Program-made: the position numbers and the translations under genes
Source: Octopus sinensis
Taxonomy: Eukaryota
Assembly: GCF_006345805.1 (NCBI RefSeq)
Contig: NC_042998.1
Coordinates: 147,064,001-147,128,000, forward strand
Reading direction: 5' to 3'
Length of the DNA stretch: 64,000 bases
Part shown: piece by piece, positions 27,251 through 39,350 of the stretch
Layout: every line of letters starts with the position of its first letter
Position numbering within the stretch: the stretch's first letter is position 1
Notes under the pieces: model-generated
Seen by the model: only the letters and a program-made list of their open reading frames with translations
The model's database searches: none
What the model was told of the DNA's origin: nothing

Positions 27251-28288
27251 ATTTGCGATAATAAGGCGTCTGTTTTTATGTGTAGGTATGGTGCTCCAGC
27301 ATAACCGCAGCTGCATGGATGAAACGAATAAAAGAATATATGTAAAACATATTACTGATATTGGAAGTCCGCACGAAAAAATTGCCCTTAGTGTGTAATT
27401 TGAATTCTAAGCTCAAATTTTGCATGCAATAATAATGGTTTACCTGGACGAGTATCATTTACCTGCAAGGGATGGAAAATGAGTTGAGACAATTAAACTA
27501 GCCATGCTTTATTACTGGACTCTGAATTAATTTAGTATGTTTAATATACCTTCTAGAGTGATAAAAAATAAGTGAATTTCGGAATTATTTTAATGATATC
27601 ATAAAATTCTAGTCCTGTATATCAAACCTTTTTATCAATTTTCTCGCCGAAATTAAGTTTTCTAGATGTAGATTGATTTTTAGAATGCTTCTGTATTTCT
27701 GGCAGAAAGTATTTAGTAAACAAACATTCTTGTTTCTCATAACGGAAAATATAAATCACAGGATGTGTTCAGTTGAGCCTTCTACCATCATGAATATGGA
27801 AACAATTTTCTTGCTACAAGTATGACAAAGGAGAGGAATGAAAGTAATAAATAAATGAGTGACATGTCAAAGAGTCTCCAGAGTAGAAGAAGCTGTGATA
27901 TTTAATTTCAAATATAATATTTAGAGAAAGAAATATGAGAAAAATTATGAAAGAGAGATTACAAGAAAAAATGAAGAGAAAAAGTGAATTCGATCGTGTC
28001 CGTTGGTTCTAAAAACAGAAAGATGACCGCGGAAAAATGGTTAATAAATTTGCTGAAAATGAGAGTAGAGACTTTCGTTTCATAACCATAGTGATCGTTG
28101 TTGTTGATATGTAGAAGATGAATATAATTTAATACACGAAGTCAACAATAAATACTTCTGACGACTTGCATTAGCATAAATCAATTCAGAATACAAGCTC
28201 ACACACACATTTATATACATATACATATATATAAATATATATCACTATACATACATCTCTCTATCTCTATCTGTGTGTGTGTGTGTGT

Positions 28289-28332
<44 letters not shown>

Positions 28333-28647
28333 ATTCTTCTAAACATTGATGCACTTTTAGTATCATAGTATGAATATCTACTACAATGACATAAATCCTC
28401 TCAAAAATTGTCTTCTGAATAAAGGCTGCAAGAAATTAACGAGCCAAGAGGAGTGAGAAAGCCATAGGTCAGAAAGGCGTATCAATATATAAATATACCG
28501 TGGCTGGCATTAGTGATATACCTATACTTTGTATAAAGTTGTGAGCAGCAAGACTTTTTATTCGTTTCATTTAAACTTTCTTAGAAAATTACATTAATAT
28601 CTCAATGAATCCATACACACACAGACACGAGCGCGCGCACACACACA

Positions 28648-29535
28648 GAGGGTGCGAGGCTAAATTGTCGCCATTTTATATCTTTAATTTCGCACATGCA
28701 CATTCGGTGTTTTTGATTTTGTCGACTACACAGTATAGTAGGGTCAGTTGGGCACCGTCTGTGAGAAAAACAACACCATGACGCACTTCAATCTGCCAGA
28801 GATTTGTACTGCTGTACTGCTGCATATTTTGTAACGCTTGGAATTCGCGCCGGAAGCTCCAATACAAACATTTCAGAGTGTTTAGGTGTCAATCTGAGGA
28901 CAGTGCAATCTGAGGAAAAGTACCGAGAGTGATAAAATTCAAATATCCAGACAACATTATGATGTTTGGAGTGATCACTAGTGATGACAACGTTATGCCT
29001 CCATTCATCTTACCACACGGCCACAGACTCAAAACGGAAGCCTACATCAAGTACCTGGAGGAGGTAGTGCTGCCCTGTGTCAAGAGGGTGGCTACTAGAA
29101 GACCCTATGTCTGGCAACAGGACTCTGCACCATATCACATAAGCAGTTATGGCTGTCAGACAATTTCTATGACCACATCATCCCTAACGTGTGGCCATCT
29201 AACTCCCCGGACTGCAAACCCCTTGATTATTATGTGTGGGGCGCAGTTGAGCGAGAAAACAACAAAACCTTGTAACACCAAAGATGACCTGTAGCAAGGA
29301 TTATGGCAGCATTCACCAAATTAAACAAAGATACCATCTAGAAGAGTTGTAGGAGATTCCGAAGTTGTATGGAGGCCGTGGTTGAAGCCAATGGTGATTT
29401 TTATTGAATAAATTTATTCTTTAGTAGTTCAAGATATTTTTATGTAATTTTGGTAAATATATCTGTTAAAATGAGATGCCAGTGTTATTTTCATTTTTGC
29501 GTAATTTAGACGACAGTTTATTCACCGCACCCTTC
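28648..29535 (+). mobile_element. Internally deleted Tc1/mariner-superfamily transposon (resembles maT/DD37D group)
   Basis: ORF 28929..29294 IMMFGVITS...WQQDSAPYH, then frameshifted WPSNSPDCKPLDYYVWG; imperfect TIRs gagggtgcgaggctaaattgtcgcc / gacgacagtttattcaccgcaccct. Confidence 0.85.
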
Positions 29536-29574
29536 GCGTGTGTGTGTGTGGGGGGGCGTGCGTGCGTGCGTGCG

Positions 29575-29610
<36 letters not shown>

Positions 29611-29619
29611 ATATATATA

Positions 29620-29760
29620 TATGTGGTCTGATCAATAAGTATCCGGACTGTTGCTAAAGCACACAGAGTAAAGCCGCGTAACACAGATTGCACTTGTTGA
29701 ACTAAGTTTTAACGTCCTAGCTCACTTTCACTGTTTACATCAATGCTTGGAAGGAATGTG
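29620..29760 (+). mobile_element. Possible mariner-type terminal fragment
   Basis: TA-flanked gtggtctgatcaataagtatccggact resembles a mariner TIR; no partner end seen. Confidence 0.4.
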
Positions 29761-29899
29761 TGTAGCGTGTGGTCGTCGCATTGTTTATGTTTGTGCTTGT
29801 ATTCAATAATATTGGGATTCTCTATTTCAGGATACTCCTATTTTCGAATGGCATTGTACAGTTTTGGGTAGCTGCAAATTACATGTGTGGTCTTCCACA

Positions 29900-31026
29900 G
29901 AAATATAACATAACCTACATTTTCAGTTGTTTCTTCGGGTTCCAAGAGATATACTGTCTCTATTGTTTACTAGGGATTTAGTAGCAGTCTCCAGTTCTTG
30001 GATTGCAAATGCACAGCCTTCAAAGTTAGATGTGCTGTAGCGGTCATGAGTCCAAGAGATGCTGCACTTAATGTTAATATTACTATGTTCACGTCTTCGG
30101 TAAACATACCTATACATAGTCTGTTTTGCTATACTGAACGTTTGAAGTATGTTAGTCTCGATGTTTGAGGGTTGTATAGGAGGTCATCAAGATGAGAGTG
30201 CTTCCTAAGAGACTTTTCAGTATTCAACGACATTCGAAGGCTGCACTGATCTACTTCATCTCTTCTTGGGAAAAGCCTGTCGATATCACTGGTTCTGTAG
30301 AAGTTCCCAGTTGATGACAAAATCTTGCGGAGGGGATTTCCTCTACAGACCAATCAAGTATCCCAAATATTAAAATCAGCACAGGCACTGCAAGTGCAAT
30401 GTGGGATATTTTCTTTTAAGAGGAGAGTTCCGACAGCTATATTTATCTAAATCTAGTATAATATTTTCGGGCCACTCTACTTTGATTCACAGAAACTTCG
30501 TATGATATGTTTTCATCAATGCTTAGGTATTTGTAGCATTCTTTGTGTAGAACAGGAGAGACAGAGTCCGTTGGTGAACAGTTTTGGGTCTAGCGGACTG
30601 ATTTTTCACGTTATACAGTCAGATACTAACATTTACTAGTCCATTGCTATGTCAGATGTATATGTTATTAACTCCTGATTTATGCTATTAACATTTTTAG
30701 CATAAATCTTCAGCTCATGCACAAAGAAATTATGGGCTACATTAATATCTCTAGCAGCTGTAGATCCTAGCATGTAACCATTTGATTTTTGCAGCAAGAA
30801 TGATACTGGATATAATGCTAAAATGAACACAATTTTAGAACAACTATCTGCTCAGAATATTTCTTTTGAAATATTTATAATATTAGAGATGATCTTTCTA
30901 CTCTCAGTTGTAAGCGTGAGAATTGTTGGCCAGACTTTTGTGAGCCTTCCAATGGCAGCAACATGTAAATATTTTTGCCAAATATAGACGCTTCAGCAGC
31001 CATGTATGGGGAACAGAGCTGAATGC

Positions 31027-31028
<2 letters not shown>
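29900..31028 (-). mobile_element. Degenerate R4/Dong-like LINE RT-to-thumb fragment
   Basis: KAFSSVPHTWLLK, HNFFVHELKIYAK and FEGCAFAIQELETATKSL (ORFs 30904..31188, 30636..30830, 29923..30117). Confidence 0.75.
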
Positions 31029-31114
<86 letters not shown>

Positions 31115-31720
31115 TACATATATATATATACGAAAATATACATATATGTATATGTATGTATATATGGGTTGTGTGTGGGCGTGTACATAATAACAAATAC
31201 TCAGTAACAATGATATTCTGCTGTAATAAACTAACATGGACACCTATAGATGTAACAATAGGTATATCAAGGACATATAACCTTGTTTCACAACAAATAA
31301 GCTGTGATGCAGGGTGGAGTACGAACAGGGGTGGGTTGTAATTTCGTGGGAGGATGTAATCTTAAAGGTATATACAAGGGTTAACTTAATGGTGGTAAAT
31401 TCTTTATTTTAGAAGGGTCAGAATTGCAAGAGGATATCTGTAATGGTTGTTTTTTTTAGGGGGGATGGGGTTGGGGGTTTGGGGAGCACATACGATTAGA
31501 TAAAGGTAATTGTGAGATGGTGTTTTATGGTTGAATTCCTTTTAAAGGGATGTTGTTTATGACGTTTTTTTATAGGTGTTTGGGGTGTGTCTCTCCTGGT
31601 GGCCGGGAAGGAGAGTTTTTTATATATATATATATAATTTCAATACTGCGCAATTAATTCACAAGAAAAAATAATTCACGAAAAATTAACTTGCGAACAT
31701 TAAACTCTGTTATTATCTAG

Positions 31721-31805
31721 TGTAGCGACGAGTTAGGAGTCTCTATCATGGTAACGCGTGCTGAGGAAGCTGAGGCTATTTTTGCCAGTGCAGAAACCAG
31801 TCCAT
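31721..31805 (+). CDS. Candidate internal coding exon (CSDELGVSIMVTRAEEAEAIFASAETSP), phase 0 to phase 1
   Basis: Acceptor ctctgttattatctag, donor CAT|GTGAGT, 85 nt stop-free; phase-compatible with 20227-20343. Confidence 0.3.
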
Positions 31806-31966
31806 GTGAGTCCAAATACTTAAATGTACGTTGGGAGATTGTCTTAGCCCGGTTGCCTTCGGACGGTTGATTTCTGTAGTCATTATCAGTGTATTTTGAC
31901 GATTTAAACAAGGTAGATATAATTATTATGTCCTTTGATTAATTTTATACATACATACACACACAC

Positions 31967-32027
<61 letters not shown>

Positions 32028-32249
32028 TATATATATGAAACATGATACAATATGTTTTGGGTGACGGGAATTTGAGGTTATTCGGATTAAGTTTCAAATT
32101 TAATCGTGTCAGCGGTTATTTCCTTTATTGTATTATAGTGCTCTTCTGATGTATTATATAACGCTGTTGCTAATATTAAATGATAACAAAAATACTATCC
32201 TTCTACTTGTTTCAGTTATTTGACAGTGGCCATGCTGGAGCACTGCCTT

Positions 32250-33080
32250 GAAGAGTAAATTTATTCAATAAAATTGCCATTGGCTTCAACCACACCCTCC
32301 AGACAACTTCGAAATCTCCTGCAATTCTTCTGAACGGTCTCCTTGTTTAATATGGTGAATGCTGCCATAATCCTTGCCTTCAGTTCATCTTTGGTATTAC
32401 AAGGAGTTTTGTTGGTCTCTCGCTCAACTGCGCCCCACACATAATAATCAAGGGGGGTTGTAGACTGGGGGAGGGGTTAGGTGGCCACATGTCAGGGGGG
32501 ATGTGGTCGCAGAAATTGTATGATGGCCATGACTGGGTTCTCCTGCTTGTGTGGCATGGTGCAGAGTACTGTTGTCAGACTTAGGGTCTTCCAGCAGCCA
32601 CCCTCTTGCCCCAGGGCAGCACTACCTCCTCCAGGCACTTGATGTAGGCCTCCGGTTTGAGTCTGCGGCCGTGTGGTAAGATGAATGGAGGCATAACGCT
32701 GCCATTACTAGTGATCAATCCAAAGACCATAATGTTGATTAGATGTTTGATTTTTATCACTCTCGGTACATGTTTTGGGGACACGGCAAGCCAACGGTTG
32801 TTCTGTGTGTTCACCATCTGATCCTGGCAGATCTAAATTTCTCGTGAGAGAAATTGTTATTCGGAGGGGATGCTTGAGTTTGTTCAGAAAGCATCATAGC
32901 GCGTCTTTCCTATTGTCTGTGATGGCTTGGGATAAAAATTGGCCATTTCTCATCTTGTATGAGGAATACCGAATGTCTTAATGCACTACATGCCTGATAA
33001 GAAACTCAGACATTCCCATGTCCTGGCGATGGACCTGATTGAATTGGAGGAATCGTCGTCAATCATTGCCTGGATCTCAC
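32250..33080 (-). mobile_element. Second degenerate copy of the Tc1/mariner (maT-like) transposase
   Basis: ORF 32581..32817 IMVFGLITSNGSVMPPFILPHGRRLKPEAYIKCLEEVVLPW, paralogous to 28929..29294. Confidence 0.85.
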
Positions 33081-33109
33081 CAACAAATTAAATTGTTATT
33101 CGGCGGGCT

Positions 33110-33260
33110 TCTTTCAGTTTCCGTCTACCAAATCCACTCACAAGGCTTTGATCAGCTCGAGGCTAAGTAGAAGACACTTGCACAAGGTTCGACACAGTAG
33201 GACTGAAACCGAAACCATGTGGTTGGTAAGGAAGCTACTTACTACAGCCACTCCTGCGCC
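33110..33260 (-). mobile_element. SINE family A head
   Basis: cgggcttctttcagtttccgtctaccaaatcc...agccactcctgcgcc. Confidence 0.85.
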
Positions 33261-33262
33261 TA

Positions 33263-33380
<118 letters not shown>

Positions 33381-33593
33381 ATATATATATATATTGAAGA
33401 CGGAAAATATGTATGCGTTAGAGTTTATACATTGTATATTAGGTTACGTTTTCAACACCCAAGCATTAATCTTTATATGTTTTTTCTTTGCAAATACTTT
33501 ACACTATAATGATTAAGTGATATATGCGTGTATGTATGTATGTATGTATGTATGTATGTATGTATGTATGTATGTATGTATGTATGTATGTAT

Positions 33594-33650
<57 letters not shown>

Positions 33651-33889
33651 CGTGTGTATATATATATGTGTGTGTGTGTGTGTATGCATGTGTGTTTGTG
33701 TGTATGTGTATGTGTGTGTGCGTCTGTGTATCTGATATTGAAGAGGGAAAATATGCGTGAATCAGAGTTTATACAATGTTTATACAATGTATATAAGGTT
33801 ACGTTTTCAACACCCACGATAAAATAAGCATTAATCTTTATATACTTATGGGTTTATTTTTATTTGCAGGTTACGTTTCACCATAATGA

Positions 33890-34651
33890 TTAAATGATTT
33901 AATTCGTATCGATTCCATTCCTTTAAAATGAGTTTAGATCAGACCCATATTAGACACTGAATTCAGTATGAATTCAAAAGAGGCTCTTCAGCGACAAGAG
34001 ATATTCATTCCACCTGTAGACATACCAAAACTAATTTGGTCAGTTACCAGGGGAATTTTTGCTCTCGCAGATTCCCCTCGATTTGGACGAACAATATCAG
34101 CTAATATTCAGTAGTTGAGGAAAATCCAATGGAAACTGTACGAGAATTAGCAAAAAGGTTAAGTTCAAGTCGTACTACAATCATAAAACACCTTTATAAA
34201 TAAGGAAAAGCATTTAAACTCGGTCAGTGGATGTCTTATCATCTGACTCAGTTTAATCAAAGAGTTACTCTCTACTCGTTATTGAAGAATAAACTTGCTA
34301 CCGAATATTCGCTGGGTAGAATCTTTGCAAGTGACGGAAAGTGAGTTGCTCTGTAACCATATGCTACGAAAGCGACAATTTTTAGCACCCAATGATGAAA
34401 CTAGGTCCACATCAAAATATGTTACGCTCTGTGTTCGGTAGGAAGTGTTAAACTAAAACGATGCAGTTAATGCAAAATGCCGTCTTCAATTGGAAGCTTT
34501 CCACAAAATTTTGCATGCAAATAAACTATCATTGGTCAATCGTAGAGACGCGTTACTCTTACACGATAATGCAAGGCCTAATATTGCCCAAGTTATTCAA
34601 GGAAAAGTTATGACACTGGATATGGGAGTTTATACCTCCTCCTCCTCCTCG

Positions 34652-34701
<50 letters not shown>

Positions 34702-34930
34702 AGCTTGTTCCATCTGACTATCATAATTTCGAATCATTGCAACATTTTGAGGGGAAGTAGTTTAATTGCGACGAGATTAAAAAGGATATTGAGCATTTCT
34801 TTGCTTTGAAATCTGAAGAAACTTACACTCAAGGGATCAACAGTTTGCCAAATTGATGAGATTATGTTATCAATAATGAAAGGAAATATTACCTTGATTA
34901 AATACATCAAGACCAAGAAGCATTTGTTTC
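33890..34930 (+). mobile_element. Degenerate mariner (DD34D-type) transposon interrupted by (TAC)n
   Basis: ENPMETVRELAKRLSSSRTTIIKHL, GQWMSYHLT, LLLHDNARPNIAQ; many stops. Confidence 0.75.
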
Positions 34931-34970
34931 TTTCAATTAAATGAAATAATATATACATACATATATACAT

Positions 34971-35026
<56 letters not shown>

Positions 35027-35695
35027 GTACATACATATATATATATATATACATACACCACACATACATATATATATACACATATATCATATATATATAT
35101 TATATATATATATGTGTGTATATATATATATATATGTATATATATTATATATATATAATATATAATATATATATATATATATATTATATATAATATATAT
35201 ATATATAATATATGGTAAACAAAACGACAATGAGTTTTTTAAAAATCAGTTAGAAGAATTGACGTCAAGATAGATAGTAGGAAGAGTAGGGTTAAAGGAA
35301 TAATAGGTAGGGAACAAGTGGAGAGGGAAGGGCACGTTGATTGAAAGAATGTTCGAAGGCTTAGGAAAGAATTTCGCTATTGAAGTGGAGTGCACGTTAA
35401 GCTAATTGTTCAAACCACAGTGACTATCGTTATCATTTATATGAGTAGAAAGTATGTTTCTGCCAGTGTTTACATTTGTATGATTTTTCTATGAGTGTGT
35501 TTACAAGGGGAACTTTAGAGAAGAGAATATGATGAGAAGATTGCATAATGCACCCTTTATTCCTTTGGAATGAAACCATGTTGTCTTCGAAACATATGTC
35601 GAGAGTAAAGGAATTTTGTTAACATCTTTGTTCGACTCCATTCTTTCATTTATTATATATATATATATATATAATATAATATATTATATATATAT

Positions 35696-35728
<33 letters not shown>

Positions 35729-36135
35729 AGATACACTGTATATTTAAAACATGACGAATTCAGTCATAGGATTCAACACGCTAGAAAGAACAGCTAGGTT
35801 CTATAATCACAAAAATTAGGGATAAAATTCGACAGGAACGAAAGGAAAAATAAAATCATTTTACCATCTAGTTTCCTGGACCAATTGGTTTCTGATTTTA
35901 GTTTAACGAGTAAATGAACCCGCCAGGTGCAATCGTCTTCAGCAGGAACACCTAGGGTTAAACGTATACACACGGCACGATCAAACTAACTGCCCCTTAT
36001 TTATACATCCAAACGTTTTCAAAATCTACTGCGCAGCCGCAGTCGTTCGCCAGCAATAAAATATATAAAATATATATATATATACATATATATAACATAT
36101 ATAGATATAATACATACACACATATATACATATAT

Positions 36136-36209
<74 letters not shown>

Positions 36210-36361
36210 CATACATACAGACATACATTATACATACATACATACATACATACATGCATACATACATATATATATATAATGTAATATAATATAAAATTTG
36301 TGGTTAAGTCGGAACAATGCGCAATAAATCCAAAGCAAATCACAAGAAAACAAGCATATGA

Positions 36362-36400
<39 letters not shown>

Positions 36401-36889
36401 TATATATATATATAATATATATATATGCATACATACACAACACACACGCACATATATATATATACACATACATACAGACATACATACATATACATATACA
36501 CATGTATATATTAGAATTGTTTATTTGCTCATAACTTTACTCAATACCGTCCTGGGGAGATTCTAACGGGGGGAGGTTGTTTTTGTGGTAACTGGAGAGT
36601 GTAATATGCAAAACACATAAACATGTAAACATGCCAAGACGAAGAAACTGTGTAGGGAGTAGTGGGGCGGGAATGAGAGAGTAAGAGTACGTGTGTACAC
36701 CCGAATGTGTGTGAGTGAGCGTGTTTGTATCTATGTGTGTGTTTAGGTGTTAGCCTCTACTGTTACATACGAAATTAGTTACGTAACAACATAGTAGAAA
36801 CTGTGACCTGTGAAAAATAAAACTTATAACTGTTTCTCTTATAACATAGCAGTTGTATTATTGGTACAATTCTGTGTCATCCAAAATGG

Positions 36890-37030
36890 TGCAATAGTGG
36901 TTAAGCTGTTCGACCTATGACCATAAGGTCGTGAGTTCACTTCCTCGAACAGGTAACGCATTGTTTTATTTATTTTAAGTAAGACTTTTCATTTCATGCT
37001 GTTCTAAAGTACTCAGCTGAAAATGAGTAC
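36890..37030 (+). mobile_element. SINE family C, degenerate head and CORE-like part
   Basis: tagtggttaagctgttcg...gagttcacttcc...actcagctgaaaatgagtac. Confidence 0.6.
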
Positions 37031-37463
37031 TAAGCACGTGCATGTGTATTCCTCTCCTCCCAGCTGTCACATCACAGATATCTCGTTGGGTCAAGGTTGA
37101 GGAAGCCGAAGGTCTCTCTATATTTGCTCGCCACTACATAAGCACCTACAACTATCTACGAAAGACATATATAACTAAATATGTAACTGAATATATATAT
37201 ATATACAACTAATGTAGGATAAAATTTTTTTCGGAAAAAATTTTTATCAGTGGCCAGCATAAAAAAAATACCTTTAAATACTCTTCCCTAAAGAAATCTT
37301 ACATTTCGTCTCATCCTATGTTAAATGCATCCTATATATAGGGAGAATTCACACACACGCACACACATACACACACATACACACACACACACACAAAAGA
37401 CGAAGACTGGAGGTGTAGACAACAAACAGATATATTAGTTTAACGCTCAGGAAGTGAAAAAGT

Positions 37464-37499
37464 CTTTTGCGTTTCGAGCCTACGCTCTTCCACAGAAAG
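37464..37499 (-). ncRNA. Degenerate minimal type I hammerhead-like motif in a PLE-like terminal repeat
   Basis: Minus: CUUU CUGUGGA A GAGC guag GCUC GAAA CG C A AAAG; stems I and II pair, but A6U and U16.1C deviate. Confidence 0.5.
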
Positions 37500-37686
37500 G
37501 AACACAGAAAGAAACAAGGAGAGAAAATAAAGAATGTGTAGTAGCTAGCGATCTATCATGGCGAATGCCGTGCAGAGGGGTCACACAGGAGAAGGGGGGT
37601 AATAAAGTAGTGGTGATCCCAAAATGAAGGTGCGTGTATGTGTGTCTCTGTGTGTATGTATGTACGTATGTGTTTGTATATATCTA

Positions 37687-37773
<87 letters not shown>

Positions 37774-37859
37774 ATATATATATATATATATATACATACA
37801 TATTTTATCTTATGTTTGTATGTATTTTTTATGTTTTATCCGTTACCTGATTGTGATTT

Positions 37860-38205
37860 TAATCAAATGAATCGACCCCAGTACTTTTTCTTTTTCAAGC
37901 TTAGTAATTATTCTGTTGCCCCTTTTGCCGAACCGCTAAGTTTCGGTGACGTAAACAAATCAACACCAGTTATCAAGCGGTGGGGTTGGGAGATAAATAC
38001 TGGGGAGGGGGCAAACAAAGAGATACACAGATAGATATACATATTTATCGGATAGGTTTCTTTCAGTTTCCGTCTACCAAATCCACACACAAGGCTTTGG
38101 TCGGCTTGAGTCTATAGTAGAAGACACTTGCCCGAGGTTTCATGCAGTGGGACTGAACGTGGAACCACGTGGCTGGGAAGCGAGCTTCTTACCACACAGC
38201 CATGT
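37860..38205 (-). mobile_element. SINE family A
   Basis: Reverse complement of head, body and tail. Confidence 0.85.
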
Positions 38206-39022
38206 CTATATAGTTGTTAACCTAAAGTAAAGAGGAGCCACAGCTAAAATAAATTTGGAAACCGTATTGAAAATCAAATATATATTTATGGGAGAGAGAG
38301 AGAGAGAGAGACAGAGAGGGAGAGAGAGAGGGAGAGAGAGAGGGAGAGAGAGAGGGTAGGGAGAGGGAGAGAGAAAGAGAGGAAGGGCGAGAGAGAAATG
38401 TGGGGATGCTGATGATGGTGGATCATTGAGGCGGCAGCTTCAGTAATCATCATTATCATCAGCACCACCACCACCACCACCACCACTACCACCACCATCA
38501 CCACCACCATCATCACCACCGCCGCCGCCGCCGTCACCAGCACCATTATCATTATCATTATCGTTATCATTATCATCATCTGCTGTCGCTGTTGTGGAGA
38601 GGTCGAAAAACAGTTATAACTTGAATGTTTGTTATAAACTGTTTACTATTTTCTGAGAGTCTCTTGAGTAAATTGCCTTTAAAACACATATCTAGTTTCT
38701 CTTCAATTGCTGCTGGTTTACTTCTTTTCTAGAAACAAGCTGTTTATATTGTCCCAAATAACAATCTCTCTCACGAACCGCCACCATCTTTTTTTAGATC
38801 TTTATTTTATTTTATTTTATTTTATTTTATTTTATTTTATTATTTCATTTTCTATTGTAATTATGACCTTCTAAGATCAACAACTGCTTTACACACTTCC
38901 CCCAAGAAAGAAGTTAGAAAAGAGGAGAAAAGTTCTAGAAATGCCATTTATTTTTTTTGTCTTTTATTTTTGTTTCCACCTACGTGCTGCAATTTCTCCA
39001 TTCAGCAATAATTTCTGCTCTA

Positions 39023-39350
39023 GGGGTACACATGGCTTTGTAGTTAAGAAGTTCGCTTCTTAACCACGTGCTTTCGCGTTCAGTTTTACTGCGCAGCATC
39101 TTAGACAAGTGCCTTGGTCCTGGCCGACTAATCCTTTCTGAGTAAATGTGGTAGACGAAAACGTGTGTGTTTGTGTGTATATGATCGCCCACTATATGTG
39201 TGTGTACGTCTCTTCGTGTTTGTAAACACCGGTCTGACGTCGCGGAGCAACAAAGATAATTACCAAAACTTAAAATAAGTATTGGGGACGATTTGACTGA
39301 AATCTTGAAGGCGGTGCCCCAGCGACCAAAAGATTGAAGTAAGTAAAATA
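39023..39350 (+). mobile_element. SINE family A, old degenerate copy
   Basis: catggctttgtagttaagaagttcgcttc...gaaggcggtgccccagcg. Confidence 0.7.
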
